Position numbers and translations under genes: made by a program. Shown here in pieces: positions 8,267-10,580 of a stretch of 10,580 nucleotides of DNA. Source of the DNA: Gemmatimonadota bacterium. GTDB taxonomy: Bacteria > Gemmatimonadota > Gemmatimonadetes > Gemmatimonadales > GWC2-71-9. Position 1 is the first letter of the stretch. Every line of letters begins with the position of its first letter. Where the stretch lies: the NCBI GenBank assembly GCA_036679605.1, contig JAZDCZ010000140.1, positions 1 through 10,580 on the forward strand, in the 5' to 3' direction. A model generated the notes under the pieces. It saw nothing but the letters and a program-made list of their open reading frames with translations. It made no database searches and was not told the DNA's origin.

Positions 8267-10180
8267 GTGTGGGTCTTGAGACTACGCGCAGCCATACCGG
8301 TCGCGCTCGCCTGCGTGGCGCTCGCCTCTTGTGCCGAGCCGTCTACGGTTCGCACCCCGGACGAAAGTAGCCACCTTCATACATCGCGCCGTGACTCCCG
8401 CGTCTGGGCGCTGCTGATAAACGGTGGCGGCAGCAAAGCGAAGAACTATCAGTCTCATCTCATGCACTTGCGCTCGATGCTGGACTTCCTGGCGACAGCG
8501 GACATTCCCAAACGTCGCATCGAGGTTTTCACCAGCGATGGAGCCGACCCGGCTCCCGACCTCGCCGTACGCGATGCACAGCCGGAGAAAAACTTTTGGC
8601 TCATCCAGGATATCCCTGTCGGTCGCCGTCTTCGCACCGAACTCCGCTATGAAAATACCCGCATCGAAGGCGTTCGCGTACACGCCGCAACACAACATGA
8701 TCTCAACCAGTGGGCCGCATCGCATAGGCCACGATTGAAACCGGGGGACACGCTATTTGTCTATGTGACTGACCACGGCACCAAGAACGCTGCCGACCTC
8801 GATAATAATTCCATTGTCTTGTGGGGTGAGGATTGGTCGGTTTCGGAGTTCAGAGGGTTTTTAGACAAGTTGCGGAAAGACGTGCGCGTCGTATTGCTCA
8901 TGTCGCAGTGTTTCTCGGGGTCCTTCGCCAACACGATGTACGCATCCGGCGAACCCACGCGCATACTCGGCAACGTGTGCGGTTACTTCTCGTCCAGCCC
9001 GACACACCGGGCCTACGGCTGCTACCCGGAAAACCTCGGCAAGAACAACGTCGGTCACTCGTTTCGGTTCCTGGAAGCGCTGAACACTAGCGGCAACCTC
9101 GGTACGGCCCATGGTGAAGTCACACGGAACGACCGGACCCCCGATGTTCCCAATCGCACTACGGACCTGCTGTTGCAGCGCATTCTCGAACGAGCGGCCG
9201 CGGAACGAGGGAAATCGTTCCGCGTTTATGCAGACGAACTCCTGCGCCAAGCTTGGCGCGATGAAGTCCATTCCCGTGGCCTGTTCAAAGCGATCGATGC
9301 GGTCGGTACCACTTTCTCCATTTCGACGCCCCGCACACTTACCGAATTGCTCGAGCAAACGGGCGAATTGCCGCGCCTCGCCAGCGAGCTCAACGATCAC
9401 GCCCACCATTGGCGGAACGCCCTCACCGATCTTGAACGCGAGAACTTCGAACGTTTTCTTGGCACCAATGAATTTTGGCGCGGATACCTGAGCGACACTT
9501 TCCTCGATGAACTCTCCGACCCCGACAAGCGTAAACTCTCGAGGTGGCTGCTGACCGACCTCCAGAGGTATATCGATACCGACGCGGAAACCTCACAGCG
9601 TCTTCAAACCATGCACACCATGACTGTCGAAGCGGCTGCGGCGGCCTATCGCATGGAAGTCCGGCGCGCAGCGGCCGAACGCATGAGACATCTACTTGTC
9701 CGCATCGCCGGCTTGGTACACCTGGATCGTTACGGCAGCAATACGGACCGTCGCGACTATGAGGCTTTGTCGGAGTGCGAGAATCTGCGACTCACCAAGC
9801 CTCGCCGGGTGTCGGCAAAGCGGGCGAGCAACGATCGACCTTTCCCGTCGCTCGCGCAGGAAGCCGAACTTCTCGAAGCGGTGCGGCCGGGGTGGCTTGG
9901 AATAGAGTTCGAGCCCGTCGCAACCGGCGTGCGAGGAAGCTACGGGTTGGCACTCGGAGCATCGACCGTTACACGGGTGCTCCCCGAATCACCCGCTGAC
10001 ACAGCCGGCATACATACGGGTGACATCATCGTCGGGCCGCCCGGTCGTCCTTTTCGAGACCGAAACCAGCTGCGCGAGTGGGTCATGACAGCTCTGGTTG
10101 GCCAAGATCAAGAGTTGACTATCCTCCGCTCAGGCCTGCCAATGTCCATCGTTGTGAGAGTCGGGGCGGCCCCTCTTTGA
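8267..10180 (+). CDS. Lipoprotein: peptidase C13 (legumain-like, clan CD) domain, helical region, C-terminal PDZ domain
   Basis: Lipobox LASC (Cys22). Protease motifs WALLINGG...NYQSH, LFVYVTDHG (His170), LLMSQCFSGSF (Cys215), AYGCY. PDZ motifs GWLGIEF...VTRVLPESPADTAGIHTGDIIV...LTILRSG. GTG start has no clear RBS. Confidence 0.8.
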   Translation: MWVLRLRAAIPVALACVALASCAEPSTVRTPDESSHLHTSRRDSRVWALLINGGGSKAKNYQSHLMHLRSMLDFLATADIPKRRIEVFTSDGADPAPDLAVRDAQPEKNFWLIQDIPVGRRLRTELRYENTRIEGVRVHAATQHDLNQWAASHRPRLKPGDTLFVYVTDHGTKNAADLDNNSIVLWGEDWSVSEFRGFLDKLRKDVRVVLLMSQCFSGSFANTMYASGEPTRILGNVCGYFSSSPTHRAYGCYPENLGKNNVGHSFRFLEALNTSGNLGTAHGEVTRNDRTPDVPNRTTDLLLQRILERAAAERGKSFRVYADELLRQAWRDEVHSRGLFKAIDAVGTTFSISTPRTLTELLEQTGELPRLASELNDHAHHWRNALTDLERENFERFLGTNEFWRGYLSDTFLDELSDPDKRKLSRWLLTDLQRYIDTDAETSQRLQTMHTMTVEAAAAAYRMEVRRAAAERMRHLLVRIAGLVHLDRYGSNTDRRDYEALSECENLRLTKPRRVSAKRASNDRPFPSLAQEAELLEAVRPGWLGIEFEPVATGVRGSYGLALGASTVTRVLPESPADTAGIHTGDIIVGPPGRPFRDRNQLREWVMTALVGQDQELTILRSGLPMSIVVRVGAAPL

Positions 10181-10194
10181 AAGACCGGTTTTCC

Positions 10195-10473
10195 GGCGTT
10201 GGTGCATGAATCGAAATCAGTGCAAAAGGCCCCTCGATATTCGGATCGTCACGTAGTAAGCTTCTGTGAGTTGGGCATCGCGAGCTCAGACATCCAGTTC
10301 AGTAAATTACATGCGGCCAACATCTCGTTTCGTTGAACCATTGGATGGCGAGCCCGAAGGCCTGATCCAATAATTCTTTTGTATCGATAGAAAGTGTTTT
10401 CGGCTCGGGCTTGGCGGTGTTGTCCTTTCTCCCGGCGCCACTGCGGTCGACCAACACGAGCGAGGTACTGTCA
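10195..10473 (-). mobile_element. Right-end portion of an IS5-family, IS903-group insertion sequence
   Basis: Terminal IR GGCGTTGGTGCATGAATC (10195-10212) matches 14/18 of the IS903 IR as I recall it (GGCTTTGTTGAATAAATC). It lies just beyond the stop of a transposase C-terminus. Confidence 0.85.
10249..10470 (-). pseudogene. IS5-family (IS903 group) DDE transposase, C-terminal 73-aa fragment
   Basis: Manual translation: QYLARVGRPQWRREKGQHRQARAENTFYRYKRIIGSGLRARHPMVQRNEMLAACNLLNWMSELAMPNSQKLTT*. It retains E(6)K of the YREK motif and the typical LN.M..L.MP.S tail. Not in the ORF track. Confidence 0.85.
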
Positions 10474-10580
10474 TATATGGTCCGCCCCGCCTAGCAAGGA
10501 CAGAGTTCGAGAAGCATCAAAGGAAGGTTGCGAACATATATCCGGCCTGTTGATGGGGAAACTTACGGCCCCTGGCCCTG
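10474..10580 (-). mobile_element. Right (3' non-coding) end of an IS110-family IS1111-group element, continuing beyond the window
   Basis: Minus strand reads ...CAGGGCCAGGGG..CCCCATCAACAGGCCGGATATATGTTCGCAACC...CTTGCTAGGCGGGGCGGACCAT-ATA. This is a subterminal IR ending ACCAT plus terminal ATA, an outward -35-like TTGCTA, and the GGCCGGATATAT motif I recognise from IS1111 right ends. The transposase is not in the window. Confidence 0.75.
10525..10580 (-). ncRNA. 3' part of a putative bridge/seek RNA (donor-binding stem-loop), partial
   Basis: Nested stems: GGCC 10577-10574 with 10547-10544, and GGGG/CCCC 10572-10569 with 10558-10555. These are followed by ATATATG, complementary to the element's own end CATATAT. 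Boundaries are approximate. Confidence 0.55.

Noticed and set aside
8282..9999. Multiple ORFs nested in the protease gene
   Set aside because: Shadow ORFs with no independent support.

Overview
Bacterial accessory-type region, moderately GC-rich by eye. In order: the possible start of a minus-strand gene running off the left edge; a signal-peptide-bearing amidohydrolase whose frame (272-1738) is interrupted by one in-frame TAA; a small membrane protein; a COG2907-like FAD oxidoreductase; a perfect 27-bp-arm palindrome; a DUF6632-like membrane protein; a divergent CMD/AhpD-like and HxlR pair with twin operators; a minus-strand SRPBCC-TetR-GNAT-membrane protein operon with a palindromic operator; and a 637-aa lipoprotein fusing a legumain-like (C13, clan CD) protease to a PDZ domain. 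The last ~390 bp have no called ORF but hold nested mobile DNA. One part is the right end and transposase C-terminus of an IS903-group (IS5) element. This is cut by what looks like the non-coding right end of an IS110/IS1111 element, i.e. part of a bridge/seek RNA locus. All family calls are motif recognition by eye; no searches were run.
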